The notes beneath the pieces were generated by a model. It made no database searches and was not told where the DNA came from. It saw only the letters and a list, made by a program, of their open reading frames with translations. A stretch of 64,000 nucleotides of DNA, from the NCBI GenBank assembly GCA_963712115.1, contig CAVQGX010000030.1, forward strand, positions 160,001-224,000, given 5' to 3'. The DNA is from an uncultured delta proteobacterium (GTDB lineage: Bacteria > Desulfobacterota > Syntrophobacteria > BM002). Made by a program: the position numbers and the translations under genes. Every line of letters begins with the position of its first letter. Position 1 is the first letter of the stretch. Below, piece by piece: positions 1 to 10,575 of this stretch.

Positions 1-1185
1 GACCGCTTTCGAAACCGGCTGATGTTTCCCATCAAGGATATGAGAGGCCGGACCGTTGGCTTTGGGGGTCGTGCTCTGGATGACAGTATGCCCAAGTACC
101 TCAACAGTCCTGAAACCCTAATATTCCATAAAGGGCGAACCCTATACGGACTGTCTACAGCGAAGGAGGCGTGCCGAAAAAACAATGAGACTTTGGTGGT
201 GGAGGGCTATTTCGATCTTCTGGCTCTCTACAACAAGTCTATCCATCAGGTGGTTGCACCTTTGGGCACTGCTCTTACCCTCCACCATGTAAGAATGCTG
301 AGTCGTCTTGCGCCTCAAGCGGTATTGGTCTTCGACGGAGACGACGCGGGTATGAGGGCTGCCTTGCGCAGCTTGGAGTTTTTCCTCAGAGAAAAACTAC
401 CGGTTCGGTTTTTGCCCTTACCGGAGGGGATGGATCCCGACGATTTTATAAACAAAGAGGGTAAAGAACCGTTTATGCAACTCCTCAGCGAGGCCAAACC
501 CTTGATGGAGGTTTTTCTGGAGCAGTCACTTTCAAGCTACGATGGTTCGGTGGAGGGCAGACTGAGGGTAGTCCGCACAGTTACACCTATGCTTAGACTT
601 TTGGACTCACCCATAGCGCAAGAAGGCTACTTGCGCATTCTGGACCAGCGGTTAGGGGTGAGTGAGGAAGTACTCCGGGCGGAATTGGCCATGACTGGTA
701 GTCGTAGGCCGTCAACTGCAGTTTCCCCGAAAAGGGAAAAAGAACCGGAACTTCCAGAGTGGGAAGAGGGAATTATTCGTATTTTGGTAAATTACCCCCA
801 CTGGATCCCGACCCTTAAAGATAGCTCATCCCTAGATAGTTTTCAAAGAAAAGACTGGGCGGAGGTCGGTCGACTCCTTATTAAATACTACCGGGAAGGT
901 GGAAAACTGGATCTGAGTGGGTTATTAATGGACGTGCAAAATGAACAGATCAGAAATTTGATAAGCAGTTGGTCTTTAGAAACAAGCCCTTGGCGAGAAG
1001 AAGATGCCCATGCTCGTCTTCGGGAGTATTTTGCTGGAATCAGTTCCAGCAGACGTCGGTTACAAGATGATTTGAAAAGACTGAAGGAGGAAATTCAGGC
1101 TGCAGAAGGTCGCCGAGACGAGAAGCTTATGGCAGAGCTCTTGGCGGAGCTTCAGGCTAAGAAGGCAGCCTTGTTGGCTGGCTGA
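1..1185 (+). CDS. dnaG: DNA primase (5' part lies outside the window)
   Basis: Frame is open from base 1 (DRFRNRLMFPI). It has KYLNSPET, the TOPRIM VVEGYFD and FDGD motifs, and lies directly upstream of rpoD. Confidence 0.97.
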   Translation, partial: DRFRNRLMFPIKDMRGRTVGFGGRALDDSMPKYLNSPETLIFHKGRTLYGLSTAKEACRKNNETLVVEGYFDLLALYNKSIHQVVAPLGTALTLHHVRMLSRLAPQAVLVFDGDDAGMRAALRSLEFFLREKLPVRFLPLPEGMDPDDFINKEGKEPFMQLLSEAKPLMEVFLEQSLSSYDGSVEGRLRVVRTVTPMLRLLDSPIAQEGYLRILDQRLGVSEEVLRAELAMTGSRRPSTAVSPKREKEPELPEWEEGIIRILVNYPHWIPTLKDSSSLDSFQRKDWAEVGRLLIKYYREGGKLDLSGLLMDVQNEQIRNLISSWSLETSPWREEDAHARLREYFAGISSSRRRLQDDLKRLKEEIQAAEGRRDEKLMAELLAELQAKKAALLAG

Positions 1186-1226
1186 GTAAACAATAAAGCC
1201 AACCTTTCCAAAGGGGAGATGGTTTG

Positions 1227-2996
1227 ATGGCAAAGAAATCCAATATGGAAGACCTTAGGCGACTTATCTCGATTGGCAAGGAAAAAGGGTATCTTACCTA
1301 TGACGAGGTCAATAGCGCACTTCCCGATGAACTAGTATCTTCGGAGAAGATCGACGACATGATGATGATTTTCGATGAGATGGACATCGAGATCATCGAC
1401 TCTTCCCAAAAGGGAAAGGTTCTCAAGGAAAAGATCGACAAGGATTCCGAGCGCATGGATGATGAGGAAGATACTCTGCCTTTAGAGGAAGACGCTGGTG
1501 GTAGGGTTACGGATCCGGTCAAGATGTATCTCCGCGAGATGGGCATGGTCTGTCTATTGACTAGGGAGGGAGAGGTAGAAATAGCCAAAAGAATAGAGCA
1601 AGGCGAACAGGAAGTAATTGACGCCATTATTGACACTCCCATTGGGGTGAAGGAGATCCTCAATCTGAAGGGGAAAATTGCCCAGGACAAGCTTAGAGTG
1701 CGTGATGTTTTGAAAAATCTGGACGAGGATTTTGAGGAATACTCCAGCGTGGAAGAAGACAGGGAGAAAGAGCAGTTGATAAACTTGCTGGAGGAAGTTC
1801 AGCAGATGTATGAAGAGAATCTGAAATCGGAGGAATTAATCCTTTCAAGAAGCCTCGAGGGTGAAAAGCTGGAAGCTGCCGAGGAATCTGTTCGCGTCAA
1901 TAGGAAGCGTATTGCTGAACTTTTGAAGAACCTCAGATTGGAAAAGCGGCAAGTAGATAGGATTGTCATCAAACTTCGGAGCTGTGTGGAGAGGATTGAA
2001 AAGGGTGAGGTGGAAATTGAGCGATGTATGCTTCGCACTGGAAAACCAGTTCAAGAACTGCGTCGGTTATTCCGACACGTAAAAAACAATCCTGATTCTC
2101 TGGGTCAGGTTGCCAAGGAGCTCGGCCTCAAGCCGGATGACTTTCTTGAAATGGAAAAGACCATCAAGAATGGCCGGCGTCGCATCCGACGAATTGGACA
2201 AGAGGCCAAGATGGACGTACGCACCTTGAAACAGATCATGCGGCAGGTAGATGTCGGTGAGGCCAAGGCCAAAGAGGCAAAAAGGGAGCTGGTGGAGGCC
2301 AACCTTCGGCTGGTGGTAAGTATAGCAAAGAAATACACTAACAGAGGGCTGCAGTTCCTAGACCTAATTCAAGAAGGCAACATTGGTTTGATGAAAGCAG
2401 TGGACAAGTTTGAGTATCAGCGTGGCTATAAATTCAGCACTTACGCCACTTGGTGGATTCGCCAGGCGATTACTAGGGCCATTGCTGATCAGGCCAGGAC
2501 AATACGCATTCCCGTGCACATGATCGAGACCATCAACAAGCTCATCCGAACTTCAAGATACCTTGTTCAGGAACTAGGAAGGGAACCAACACCTGAGGAA
2601 ATAGCTGATAAGATGGAATTTCCGTTAGAAAAGGTGAGAAAGGTTCTTAAGATTGCCAAGGAACCCATTTCCCTTGAGACCCCGATAGGCGAGGAAGAGG
2701 ACAGTCATCTGGGTGATTTCATAGAAGACAAAAAGGTAACGTCGCCGGTGGATGCAGTTATAAACCTTAATCTATCTGAACAAACACGCAAGGTCCTCTC
2801 CACCCTGACACCTAGGGAGGAAAAGGTACTCCGCATGCGGTTCGGCATAGGAGAAAAGGCGGATCATACCTTGGAGGAGGTGGGGCAAGATTTTGCCGTT
2901 ACCAGGGAGCGCATACGCCAGATTGAGGCCAAAGCCTTGCGAAAACTTCGACATCCAAGCCGGCGGAAGAAGCTCAAAAGCTTTATTGATAGCTAA
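1227..2996 (+). CDS. rpoD: RNA polymerase primary sigma factor (sigma70)
   Basis: Region 1.1, [43 protein letters not shown] and the region 4 HTH TLEEVG...TRERIRQIE are all present. Confidence 0.99.
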   Translation: MAKKSNMEDLRRLISIGKEKGYLTYDEVNSALPDELVSSEKIDDMMMIFDEMDIEIIDSSQKGKVLKEKIDKDSERMDDEEDTLPLEEDAGGRVTDPVKMYLREMGMVCLLTREGEVEIAKRIEQGEQEVIDAIIDTPIGVKEILNLKGKIAQDKLRVRDVLKNLDEDFEEYSSVEEDREKEQLINLLEEVQQMYEENLKSEELILSRSLEGEKLEAAEESVRVNRKRIAELLKNLRLEKRQVDRIVIKLRSCVERIEKGEVEIERCMLRTGKPVQELRRLFRHVKNNPDSLGQVAKELGLKPDDFLEMEKTIKNGRRRIRRIGQEAKMDVRTLKQIMRQVDVGEAKAKEAKRELVEANLRLVVSIAKKYTNRGLQFLDLIQEGNIGLMKAVDKFEYQRGYKFSTYATWWIRQAITRAIADQARTIRIPVHMIETINKLIRTSRYLVQELGREPTPEEIADKMEFPLEKVRKVLKIAKEPISLETPIGEEEDSHLGDFIEDKKVTSPVDAVINLNLSEQTRKVLSTLTPREEKVLRMRFGIGEKADHTLEEVGQDFAVTRERIRQIEAKALRKLRHPSRRKKLKSFIDS

Positions 2997-3156
2997 CCAA
3001 GACCATTGAATGTCGAACATCGAACCAGGAACCGCAGAATTATGAAATGCTCACTTCGATCCGCCTGAGGCATATTCAATATTTTGCGTTTTAAAATAGG
3101 ATGGAAAGCGTAGTAGGATGGCTCCATTCTGCATTGAATGAACGGGGATATTTCCC

Positions 3157-3185
3157 TTGACAAAGCAGATTCCGGCCAATATAAA
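3157..3185 (+). promoter_or_regulatory. sigma70-type promoter of the tRNA gene
   Basis: TTGACA (3157-3162), a 17-nt spacer and TATAAA (3180-3185), about 50 nt upstream of the tRNA. Confidence 0.7.
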
Positions 3186-3234
3186 GACAAAATTCTACTT
3201 AATGCTATGCGTTATGGGAATTGTGAGAAGAAAC

Positions 3235-3310
3235 GGGCCCATAGCTCAGCTGGCAGAGCCACCGGCTCATAACCGGTCGGTCCCTGGTTCGAATCCAGGT
3301 GGGCCCACCA
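3235..3310 (+). tRNA. tRNA with CAT anticodon, probably tRNA-Ile2 (lysidine-modified); elongator Met is possible
   Basis: 76-nt cloverleaf with acceptor GGGCCCA/TGGGCCC, anticodon arm ACCGG-CTCATAA-CCGGT, T-arm GGTTCGAATCC and encoded CCA. The paired first base excludes fMet, and the position after rpoD is typical of tRNA-Ile2. Confidence 0.93.
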
Positions 3311-3434
3311 ACTAATGTGGCATGAAGATTGGAGTCTATTACATAAGGCAACCCGTGGAGAGGGGAAAAATGTCTCTCTCCGGGGGACAAGGATCGGTCT
3401 GGCAATGGAAGACCGAGATTCCGAGGGACTCGGG

Positions 3435-3470
3435 AAAAAGGGTGCGGCAAATAGGCTGCACCCTTTTTTT
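3435..3470 (+). terminator. intrinsic terminator, possibly bidirectional
   Basis: AAAAAGGGTGCGGC-loop-GCTGCACCC followed by T7. Confidence 0.85.
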
Positions 3471-3659
3471 ATGGCAGGGCTAGAACCTAGTCTTACGGGT
3501 GTTACAAGATCAAGACTAAGAAATTATTGGAGTACTGGAGGAATTTGATTGCGGATTTCGGAAGTAATAAAGGTTCTATGATTTGTATTTTATTACTTAT
3601 AATCGGAAATCTGAAATCTAAAATGGTTATTACTCCATTCAATAATAGGGAGGAATACC

Positions 3660-4409
3660 TTGCAAAATACTTTAAAACTTCTCATTGAGCTTCAAGAGAT
3701 CGAAAAAAAGGTCAGGGCCCTTGCAGAGCAAAAGGCTCGCGCTCCCGTACAGATTGCAATGATGAAAGAGGAAGAAAATAAGGCGGGAGGGAGAGTGGAA
3801 GAAAAACAGGAAATGCTCAAATCGGCTCAGAGATTGCGAAAGGAACTGGAGCGTGAGGTCGAGGACCTCGAGAGGCGGCAAAACAAGAGCAAGCAGAGGC
3901 TTCTGGAGGTTAAGAGTAATAAGGAATATCAGGCCATCCTGAAAGAAATCGACGACATCGAAGATCTTATCCGAAGGCGGGAAGACCAAATAATTGAACA
4001 GATGGAAGTGGCCGAATCTCTGGCGGAAGAAATTCGGGAGCACGAACGCTTGCTGTCAGAGGCCCATAAGAGGCTAGAACAGGAAGGTGCTCAGCTAGAA
4101 AAGGAGGCGGCGAAGGCGGATACGCTGATTGCCAGCCTTGAGGAACAGAAGGAACGCCTCAAGCCGCAGATCCCTGCAGCAATGTGGCAAAAATATCAAT
4201 TGTTGAGTGCCAACCGAGGAGGGATTGCTCTGGCGCCAGTCAACCAGTGCACATGCCAGGTATGCCACATGAACCTGCCCCCCCAGATTTTTATCGATCT
4301 GCAGAAAAATGAAAAGATGATGCACTGCCCAAATTGCCAACGGATTATCTACTGGGTGGGTCACGAAGCTTATAAACAGTCGTGCCAGGTCCCGGGAGAG
4401 CCAGAGTAA
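3660..4409 (+). CDS. C4-type zinc-ribbon coiled-coil protein (CT398/DUF164-like)
   Basis: Long coiled coil with SNKEYQA, then CQVC...CPNCQRII; TTG start with GGAGG upstream. Confidence 0.88.
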   Translation: MQNTLKLLIELQEIEKKVRALAEQKARAPVQIAMMKEEENKAGGRVEEKQEMLKSAQRLRKELEREVEDLERRQNKSKQRLLEVKSNKEYQAILKEIDDIEDLIRRREDQIIEQMEVAESLAEEIREHERLLSEAHKRLEQEGAQLEKEAAKADTLIASLEEQKERLKPQIPAAMWQKYQLLSANRGGIALAPVNQCTCQVCHMNLPPQIFIDLQKNEKMMHCPNCQRIIYWVGHEAYKQSCQVPGEPE

Positions 4410-5060
4410 ATGGATCTGCAAAACCCGGTTGACCGTCACAGATTAAGCCGTCTTCTAGAACTGCTGGGTAAGCGGTTGAGTGGTGAATTGCTCGGAGCGG
4501 AGTTTGCAGATCTCAGCCGAGAAGATTTGCGAGCTCTCTTTGATCAACTAGCTGCACATATGCGTCGCTGCAGTGAATGGACGGATGCTGCCAGCACTAA
4601 GCAGGACGTACCCAGAATGAGCGGATCACTCTATTGTGATGGAGCCTCGAGGGGCAATCCAGGACCGTCCGGGGCTGGGGTAGTAATTTTGGATAAAAAT
4701 GGAGAGCAGATTTTCGAATTGAGTCGTTTTCTCGATAATGCCACCAACAATGAAGCAGAGTACAAAGCGCTCATAAGAGGACTGAGCGCGGCTGCGGATG
4801 TTGGCATAAAGCGGGTGCAGATTTTTTTGGATTCTGAACTGGTGGTGAACCAACTACTTGGGACATACAAGGTTCGCAATCCTCGCTTGCTCCAATTGTT
4901 TGAGGAAGCAACGTCCAGATTGCGGCTGTTTGACGAATATGCTATTTTTCATATAGGTCGCGAATTGAATCAAAAAGCAGATCGACTGGCCAATGAGGCC
5001 ATAGATCGTGGTCTGCGGGGGGGAGATAGAGAAACGTATCGTTTGAAGGAGAGAGAATAG
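4410..5060 (+). CDS. ribonuclease HI family protein with N-terminal extension
   Basis: CDGASRGNPGPSGAG, TNNEAEY, DSELVVNQ and NQKADRLAN motifs. Confidence 0.92.
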   Translation: MDLQNPVDRHRLSRLLELLGKRLSGELLGAEFADLSREDLRALFDQLAAHMRRCSEWTDAASTKQDVPRMSGSLYCDGASRGNPGPSGAGVVILDKNGEQIFELSRFLDNATNNEAEYKALIRGLSAAADVGIKRVQIFLDSELVVNQLLGTYKVRNPRLLQLFEEATSRLRLFDEYAIFHIGRELNQKADRLANEAIDRGLRGGDRETYRLKERE

Positions 5061-5452
5061 AGTAGGTCAAATGATCGCTGCTCCGCTCCTGCCGCTTTGC
5101 GGCAGACGGGGGAGAGGAAAGTCCGAGCTCCAAAGGGCAAGGTGCTGGGTAACGCCCAGTCCCGGTGACGGGCAGGAAAGTGCCACAGAAAGTAAACCGC
5201 CGGGGGAAACCTTTGTTTCCCGCGGTAAGGGTGAAAGGGTGAGGTAAGAGCTCACCAGCTCCAGTGGTGACATTGGAGGCTAGGTAAACCCCACCTGGAG
5301 CAAGACCGAATAGGAGAGCGCCAAGGGTGGCCCGTCCGAGCTCTCGGGTAGGTCGCGTGAGGCCTCGAGTAATCGGGGCCCTAGATGAATGATCATTGTC
5401 CCTCGGGGAGTGATCTCCGAGGGGTACAGAACTCGGCTTATTACCTGCTCTA
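5058..5452 (+). ncRNA. rnpB: RNase P RNA (bacterial type A)
   Basis: Contains GAGGAAAGTCCGAGCTC, GAAAGTGCCACAGAAA, GGTAAACCCC and ACAGAACTCGGCTTA; the termini pair (GAGTAGGT/ACCTGCTC) and a T-run follows. Confidence 0.97.
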
Positions 5453-5527
5453 CTCTCCCTTTTTTTATTTGGGAATCCTCGTACCCCTTCAAATTAGTCC
5501 CCATCGTTCTCTAACCGTCTATAAGTC

Positions 5528-6226
5528 ATGCGTGTTGTTGCCATAATTCCAGCTGCAGGTGCAGGGCGGCGCATGGGAAGCGTCGTCGAAAAGCAGTTTT
5601 TACATTTAAGGGGAATTCCCATCCTCGCCCGCACACTAAGAGTGTTTGATCAGAGCCCAGAGGTTGATGGGATAGTGCTGGTGGTGGCTTCTCAGCAGCG
5701 CCAAGCCTTGGAGAGTGAGGTTCTTGGCCCGCATCCTTGTGAAAAGCTGCTTCGAGTTATAGATGGAGGACCTGAGCGACAAGATAGTGTGGCCAATGGA
5801 CTGCGAACCATTCCGCTCGAGTGTGATTTGGTGGTGGTTCACGATGGCGTACGACCCCTGGTGAGTGTTGACCTACTGGGGGCGGTGCTGGAGGCGGCCC
5901 ATCATCATGGGGCAGCAATAGCAGCCATACCTGCGGGCGACACAGTAAAACAGACAGAGAATCAAAAGGTGGTTGCCACCTTGGAGCGTGAGACCATTTG
6001 GTTAGCACAGACGCCCCAGGCTTTTCATGCCAATCTTTTGCGAAGGGCTTACGAGAAGGCTGCTAGGGATCGGGTAGTTTTGACAGATGATGCTGCGCTG
6101 GTGGAACGAATTGGAGCGGCTGTGCATCTGGTCCGCGGCTCCCCAGAGAATATCAAGGTCACCACCCCATTCGACTTGGTGGTGGCGGAAGCCATTCTTG
6201 CAGGGCGCGAAGCGCAAAGAGCATAG
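5528..6226 (+). CDS. ispD: 2-C-methyl-D-erythritol 4-phosphate cytidylyltransferase
   Basis: AIIPAAGAGRRMG, ERQDSV, VHDGVRP, QTPQAF, TDDA and NIKVTTPFDL motifs. Confidence 0.97.
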   Translation: MRVVAIIPAAGAGRRMGSVVEKQFLHLRGIPILARTLRVFDQSPEVDGIVLVVASQQRQALESEVLGPHPCEKLLRVIDGGPERQDSVANGLRTIPLECDLVVVHDGVRPLVSVDLLGAVLEAAHHHGAAIAAIPAGDTVKQTENQKVVATLERETIWLAQTPQAFHANLLRRAYEKAARDRVVLTDDAALVERIGAAVHLVRGSPENIKVTTPFDLVVAEAILAGREAQRA

Positions 6227-6283
6227 CGCAGAGCGTGTTACTCTTAACTTTAAACTTTGAACTTTGGACTTGGAACTTAGAAC

Positions 6284-6772
6284 ATGATCCGGATAGGGTT
6301 TGGTTATGATGCGCATCGCTTGGTGGTTGGCAGAGCTTTGATTCTCGGCGGAGTGAAGATCCCATACGACCTTGGCTTGCAGGGTCACTCTGACGCTGAC
6401 GTCTTAATCCATGCTGCCTGTGACGCACTGCTCGGCGCTGCGGGGCTGGGGGATTTGGGGAGTCACTTTCCAGATACGGATCCTGAGTTGGAGGGAGTGT
6501 CCAGTGTCGCAATCCTTAAAAGAGTTGCGGGCATGGTGCGGAATGGAGGCTTTGAGTTGCAGAATTTGGACACCACAGTGGTAGCTGAGGCACCGAAACT
6601 GGCTCCATACATTGAGACGATGATTGCAACAATTGCTGACGCCCTGGAGGTGAACCCCAGGCAAGTGAGCGTAAAGGCCACGACCACTGAAGGCATGGGC
6701 TTCACCGGGAGAGGTGAGGGCATGGCCGCCTACGCGGTGGCTGCTCTCACGGTAGGTCAGGGTAATGGGTGA
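6284..6772 (+). CDS. ispF: 2-C-methyl-D-erythritol 2,4-cyclodiphosphate synthase
   Basis: RIGFGYDAHRL, GHSDADVLIHA and VKATTTEGMGFTGRGEG motifs. Confidence 0.98.
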   Translation: MIRIGFGYDAHRLVVGRALILGGVKIPYDLGLQGHSDADVLIHAACDALLGAAGLGDLGSHFPDTDPELEGVSSVAILKRVAGMVRNGGFELQNLDTTVVAEAPKLAPYIETMIATIADALEVNPRQVSVKATTTEGMGFTGRGEGMAAYAVAALTVGQGNG

Positions 6773-6843
6773 TAGGTCATAGGTCAAAGGTTATAGGTTG
6801 ATACCCATCACCCATAACCCATAATCTATAACCTTTGACCTGA
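6770..6843. repeat. degenerate heptamer array followed by its inverted complement (hairpin)
   Basis: (ATAGGTC/ATAGGTT)n followed by (AACCCAT/AACCTTT)n; a related array lies at about 10467-10536. Confidence 0.6.
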
Positions 6844-6903
6844 CGATTTGACTAATATTACAAATAATCTGAGCTGATAGAAAGGCCCAAGGGATTTGAG
6901 ACT

Positions 6904-8394
6904 ATGACCATCCGGATTTACAACACCTTGAGCAGCCAGAAGGAACCTTTTGAACCCTTACAGCCGGGTCGTGTATACATGTATGTCTGTGGGATCACCG
7001 CCTATGATCTCTGCCATGTTGGACACGCCCGATCAGCCATTGTCTTCGATGTGATCTACCGCTATCTGCAATATCGGGGATTCGATGTGGTTTGCGTGCG
7101 GAATTTTACTGACGTTGATGACAAGATTATCAAGCGGGCTCAAGAAGAGGGCACCGACTCGCACGCCATCGCCGAACGTTACATAGAGGCCTTTCATGCA
7201 GACATGGACCAGTTGGGTGTGGCGAGGCCGAGCTATGAACCGCGGGCAACCCAGTTTATCCCCGAGATGATAGAGCTCATCGAGATTTTAATAGAAAAGG
7301 GATACGCTTATCAGGTCGACGGTGATGTTTACTTCGCAGTGGAAAAATTCTCGGGCTATGGAAAGCTTTCTAAACGCAAGCTGGATGAGATGATTGCCGG
7401 GGCTCGAGTTGCAGTGGAGCCCGGCAAAAAGAATCCCATGGATTTTGCTCTGTGGAAAGCAAGCAAACCAGGGGAGCCGGCATGGCCAAGTCCTTGGGGA
7501 GAAGGACGTCCGGGCTGGCACATAGAATGTTCTGCCATGAGCACCAAATATTTGGGCAGCACTTTTGATATTCACGGAGGAGGCAAAGACCTCATTTTCC
7601 CCCACCATGAAAACGAGATTGCCCAATCTGAAGCAGCCTTTGGAAAAATCTTTGCTAGATACTGGGTACACAATGGTTTCGTTAACATTAACCAGGAAAA
7701 GATGTCGAAGTCTCTGGGCAATTTCTTCACCATTCGGGAGGTATATGAACGTTATCAACCAGAGGTCCTCCGTTTGTTTCTTCTCGCGAGCCATTACCGA
7801 AGTCCGGTGGATTTTTCCCCCGAAAGCATGGCTGAGGCAGAAAGAGGTCTCGAGAGGTTTTATCACACCATAGAACAGGTGAGTGAACTTGTAGGAGACC
7901 TTCCCAGCTCAGCACAGTTACCTACTATTGAGGACCCTGAATTCAGCAGCTTGCGGAATAAAATCGATAGTATCCCGACAAGATTTCAGGATGATATGGA
8001 TGACGATTTCAACACTGCAGCAGCACTGGGACAGCTGTTTGATTTGTGCAGGGCTCTGAATCGTTTTCAAGACAGCCGATCGCGGAAGCCAACTGCTGAG
8101 GAGAAAAAGCTGCTTGCGCAGGGAGTCCACCGCTTACGTGAATGTGCTAACGTTCTGGGTCTTTTGCAGCGGTCACCCGAAGAATTCTTCCGAGAGCACA
8201 GGCGGATGACGCTGGCGATACTGGGTATCGGCCAGGAAGAGGTCGAAGGGCTGATCGCAGAAAGAGCCCTGGCGAGGAAAGAGAAAAACTGGGCTCGTGC
8301 AGATGAGATAAGGGACAAGCTGGCCGAGATGTCCATTATCTTGGAAGATAAGCCTGAGGGCACGCGCTGGCGGGTCAAGACGGCCAGCGCCTAA
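6904..8394 (+). CDS. cysS: cysteine--tRNA ligase
   Basis: YVCGITAYDLCHVGHARS, GRPGWHIECSAM, HHENEIAQSE and KMSKSLGN motifs. Confidence 0.99.
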   Translation: MTIRIYNTLSSQKEPFEPLQPGRVYMYVCGITAYDLCHVGHARSAIVFDVIYRYLQYRGFDVVCVRNFTDVDDKIIKRAQEEGTDSHAIAERYIEAFHADMDQLGVARPSYEPRATQFIPEMIELIEILIEKGYAYQVDGDVYFAVEKFSGYGKLSKRKLDEMIAGARVAVEPGKKNPMDFALWKASKPGEPAWPSPWGEGRPGWHIECSAMSTKYLGSTFDIHGGGKDLIFPHHENEIAQSEAAFGKIFARYWVHNGFVNINQEKMSKSLGNFFTIREVYERYQPEVLRLFLLASHYRSPVDFSPESMAEAERGLERFYHTIEQVSELVGDLPSSAQLPTIEDPEFSSLRNKIDSIPTRFQDDMDDDFNTAAALGQLFDLCRALNRFQDSRSRKPTAEEKKLLAQGVHRLRECANVLGLLQRSPEEFFREHRRMTLAILGIGQEEVEGLIAERALARKEKNWARADEIRDKLAEMSIILEDKPEGTRWRVKTASA

Positions 8395-8451
8395 GGTTAA
8401 TTTGTCAATTAGTTGATAGGCCAATACGTGAAAGGCGTTGAAATCGTTAAC

Positions 8452-8522
8452 CACAGAGGTCAGAAGTCGGAGATCAGAGATCAGCCTTACCCCTGACCTC
8501 CGACATCTGATCTCTGACCTCT
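8452..8522. repeat. heptamer-array hairpin between convergent cysS and glnS
   Basis: AGAGGTCAGAAGTCGGAGATCAG pairs with CTGACCTCCGACATCTGATCTCTGACCTCT; 34 nt are identical to 18289-18322. Confidence 0.7.
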
Positions 8523-8544
8523 TAGGTCTATCTGCTGCCTGCTG

Positions 8545-10266
8545 CTAGCTTTCTGCTGCTTGCTGACCCCTGCCTTCCTTCATCTTCTTCTCAATCTTGG
8601 CCCAGGTGTCGCGTAAAGTCACCGTCCGATTAAATACCAACTTATTATCGGAAGAATCCGGGTCAAGGCAGAAGTATCCGAGTCTTTCAAACTGATAGCG
8701 ACTTCTTGGGGTGGCGCCAGCTAAGGAGGGCTCCAGACGACAATATTGCAAGCTCTCGAAAGAGTTCGGATTCACATTGCTTTTGAAGTCGCTGCCGTCC
8801 TCGACTTCTTCGGGGTTCGGCTTTAGGAAGAGATGATCGTATAACCGCACTTCCGCCTCGATGGCGTGGGCAGCTGAAACCCAGTGCAAAGTCCCCCTTA
8901 CTTTGCGCCCGTCCGGTGACCAGCCGCCTTTTGTGGCGGGATCATAGGTGCAGTGGAGCTCAACCACCTCACCGGTTTTTTTATCCTTCACCACATTTAC
9001 ACAGGTAATGTAGTAGCCATAGCGTAGCCTTATTTCACGCCCGGGGGCCAGACGAAACCACTTTTTCGGGGCATCTTCTCGAAAGTCATCCCGTTCCACG
9101 TATAGGACTCGGGAAAAGGGAACCATGCGTGTTCCCATGGTGGGGTCTTCAGGATTGTTTATAGCCTCCAGTTCCTCCACCTTGTCTTCAGGATAATTCT
9201 CAATTACCACCCGGAGGGGCCGTAAAACACCCATTACGCGAGGAGCGTGTCTATTCAAATCTTCCCGAATGCACCACTCGAGCAACTTTATATCGACCAT
9301 ACTGTCTTTTTTTGCCACCCCAATACGTTCAGAAAAATCTTTAATTGCCTCAGGCGTATATCCCCTTCTACGGAGACCGGATATAGTCGGCATCCGAGGA
9401 TCGTCCCACCCACGGACATACCCCTCTTCCACCAGCCGTAGCAGTTTTCTTTTGCTCATAACGGTGTGGGTCAAATTCAGGCGTGCGAACTCTATCTGTT
9501 GCGGTTGATAGACACCTAGCTCCTTGAGGAACCAGTCGTATAGGGGGCGATGGTCTTCAAATTCCAGCGTACAAATTGAATGGGTGATTCCTTCAATAGA
9601 ATCGCAGAGACCGTGCGCCCAGTCATACATAGGGTAGATACACCATTTATCGCCCGTCCGATGATGCTCAGCATGCAGGATTCGGTACATTACCGGGTCC
9701 CGCAAGTTCAGATTGCCCGAGGCCATGTCGATTTTTGCCCGGAGCACATGAGTGCCGTCTTGAAACTCACCCGCTCGCATAGCTTGAAAAAGACCTAGGT
9801 TCTCCTCAATTGAGCGGTTCCGGTATGGGCTCTCCTTACCGGGTTCTGTCAGGGTTCCGCGGTATTCCTTGATCTCTTCCGCGCTCAAGCTGTCCACGTA
9901 AGCCTTGCCTTTCTTAATGAGCTGTACTGCGTAATCGTACAACTGCTCAAAGTAGTCGGAGGCGTAGTAAAGGCGGTCGTCCCAATCGAACCCTAGCCAG
10001 CGGACATCTTCTTTGATTGACTCCACATATTCGACTTCTTCTTTAGTAGGGTTGGTGTCATCAAAGCGCAGATTGCAGAGGCCACCATAACTTTCGGCGA
10101 GGCCAAAGTTGAGACAAATGGATTTGGCATGTCCAATATGCAAGTAGCCATTCGGCTCGGGAGGAAAGCGGGTCATTACTCGACCATCGTATTTGTTTGT
10201 TTTAAGGTCCTCCTCGATGTTTCTTTTAATGAAATGGGTAGGAGGGGCAGGATCCGTTAAAGCCAT
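8545..10266 (-). CDS. glnS: glutamine--tRNA ligase
   Basis: [46 protein letters not shown] and QFERLGYF motifs. Confidence 0.98.
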   Translation of the reverse strand: MALTDPAPPTHFIKRNIEEDLKTNKYDGRVMTRFPPEPNGYLHIGHAKSICLNFGLAESYGGLCNLRFDDTNPTKEEVEYVESIKEDVRWLGFDWDDRLYYASDYFEQLYDYAVQLIKKGKAYVDSLSAEEIKEYRGTLTEPGKESPYRNRSIEENLGLFQAMRAGEFQDGTHVLRAKIDMASGNLNLRDPVMYRILHAEHHRTGDKWCIYPMYDWAHGLCDSIEGITHSICTLEFEDHRPLYDWFLKELGVYQPQQIEFARLNLTHTVMSKRKLLRLVEEGYVRGWDDPRMPTISGLRRRGYTPEAIKDFSERIGVAKKDSMVDIKLLEWCIREDLNRHAPRVMGVLRPLRVVIENYPEDKVEELEAINNPEDPTMGTRMVPFSRVLYVERDDFREDAPKKWFRLAPGREIRLRYGYYITCVNVVKDKKTGEVVELHCTYDPATKGGWSPDGRKVRGTLHWVSAAHAIEAEVRLYDHLFLKPNPEEVEDGSDFKSNVNPNSFESLQYCRLEPSLAGATPRSRYQFERLGYFCLDPDSSDNKLVFNRTVTLRDTWAKIEKKMKEGRGQQAAES

Positions 10267-10575
10267 AATCGCGGCTCCTTTCGCTTTCTCAATTTAATAT
10301 TAATATTAATATGACAAACAAGTTATTATATTTCTCCGTGGCATACTATTCAATGGATAAAAGGAGTAGGCGGCAGGTCTTGCCACCGTCTTCACCAAGT
10401 CCTATAATTTCCATTCCCATCAAAGGTTTTTGTAGGAGAAAGCTCTGCTTGCGACAATATGGATAATAGGTGATAGGTTAGAGGTTATTGGTGATGGATG
10501 AACCCGTGTTTCTAGCCTATGACCTATAACCCCTAATCTGCGTCAGCCGATTATTGAGGAGACGGTGTAGTCGGA

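Noticed and set aside
3345-3422. c-di-GMP-I (GEMM) riboswitch
   Set aside because: Only a loose resemblance (GGCAACCC...GGG...GGTCT); the GAAA tetraloop and CGCAAAG core are not intact, so it was not called as a feature.
4942-5504. Short minus-strand ORFs over rnpB, and similar ORFs over the tRNAs (3205-3450, 31799-32050)
   Set aside because: They are shadow ORFs antisense to structural RNA genes.
10267-10575. LexA/SOS box upstream of uvrB
   Set aside because: AT-rich divergent promoter region, but I could not identify a convincing match to a known LexA motif by eye.
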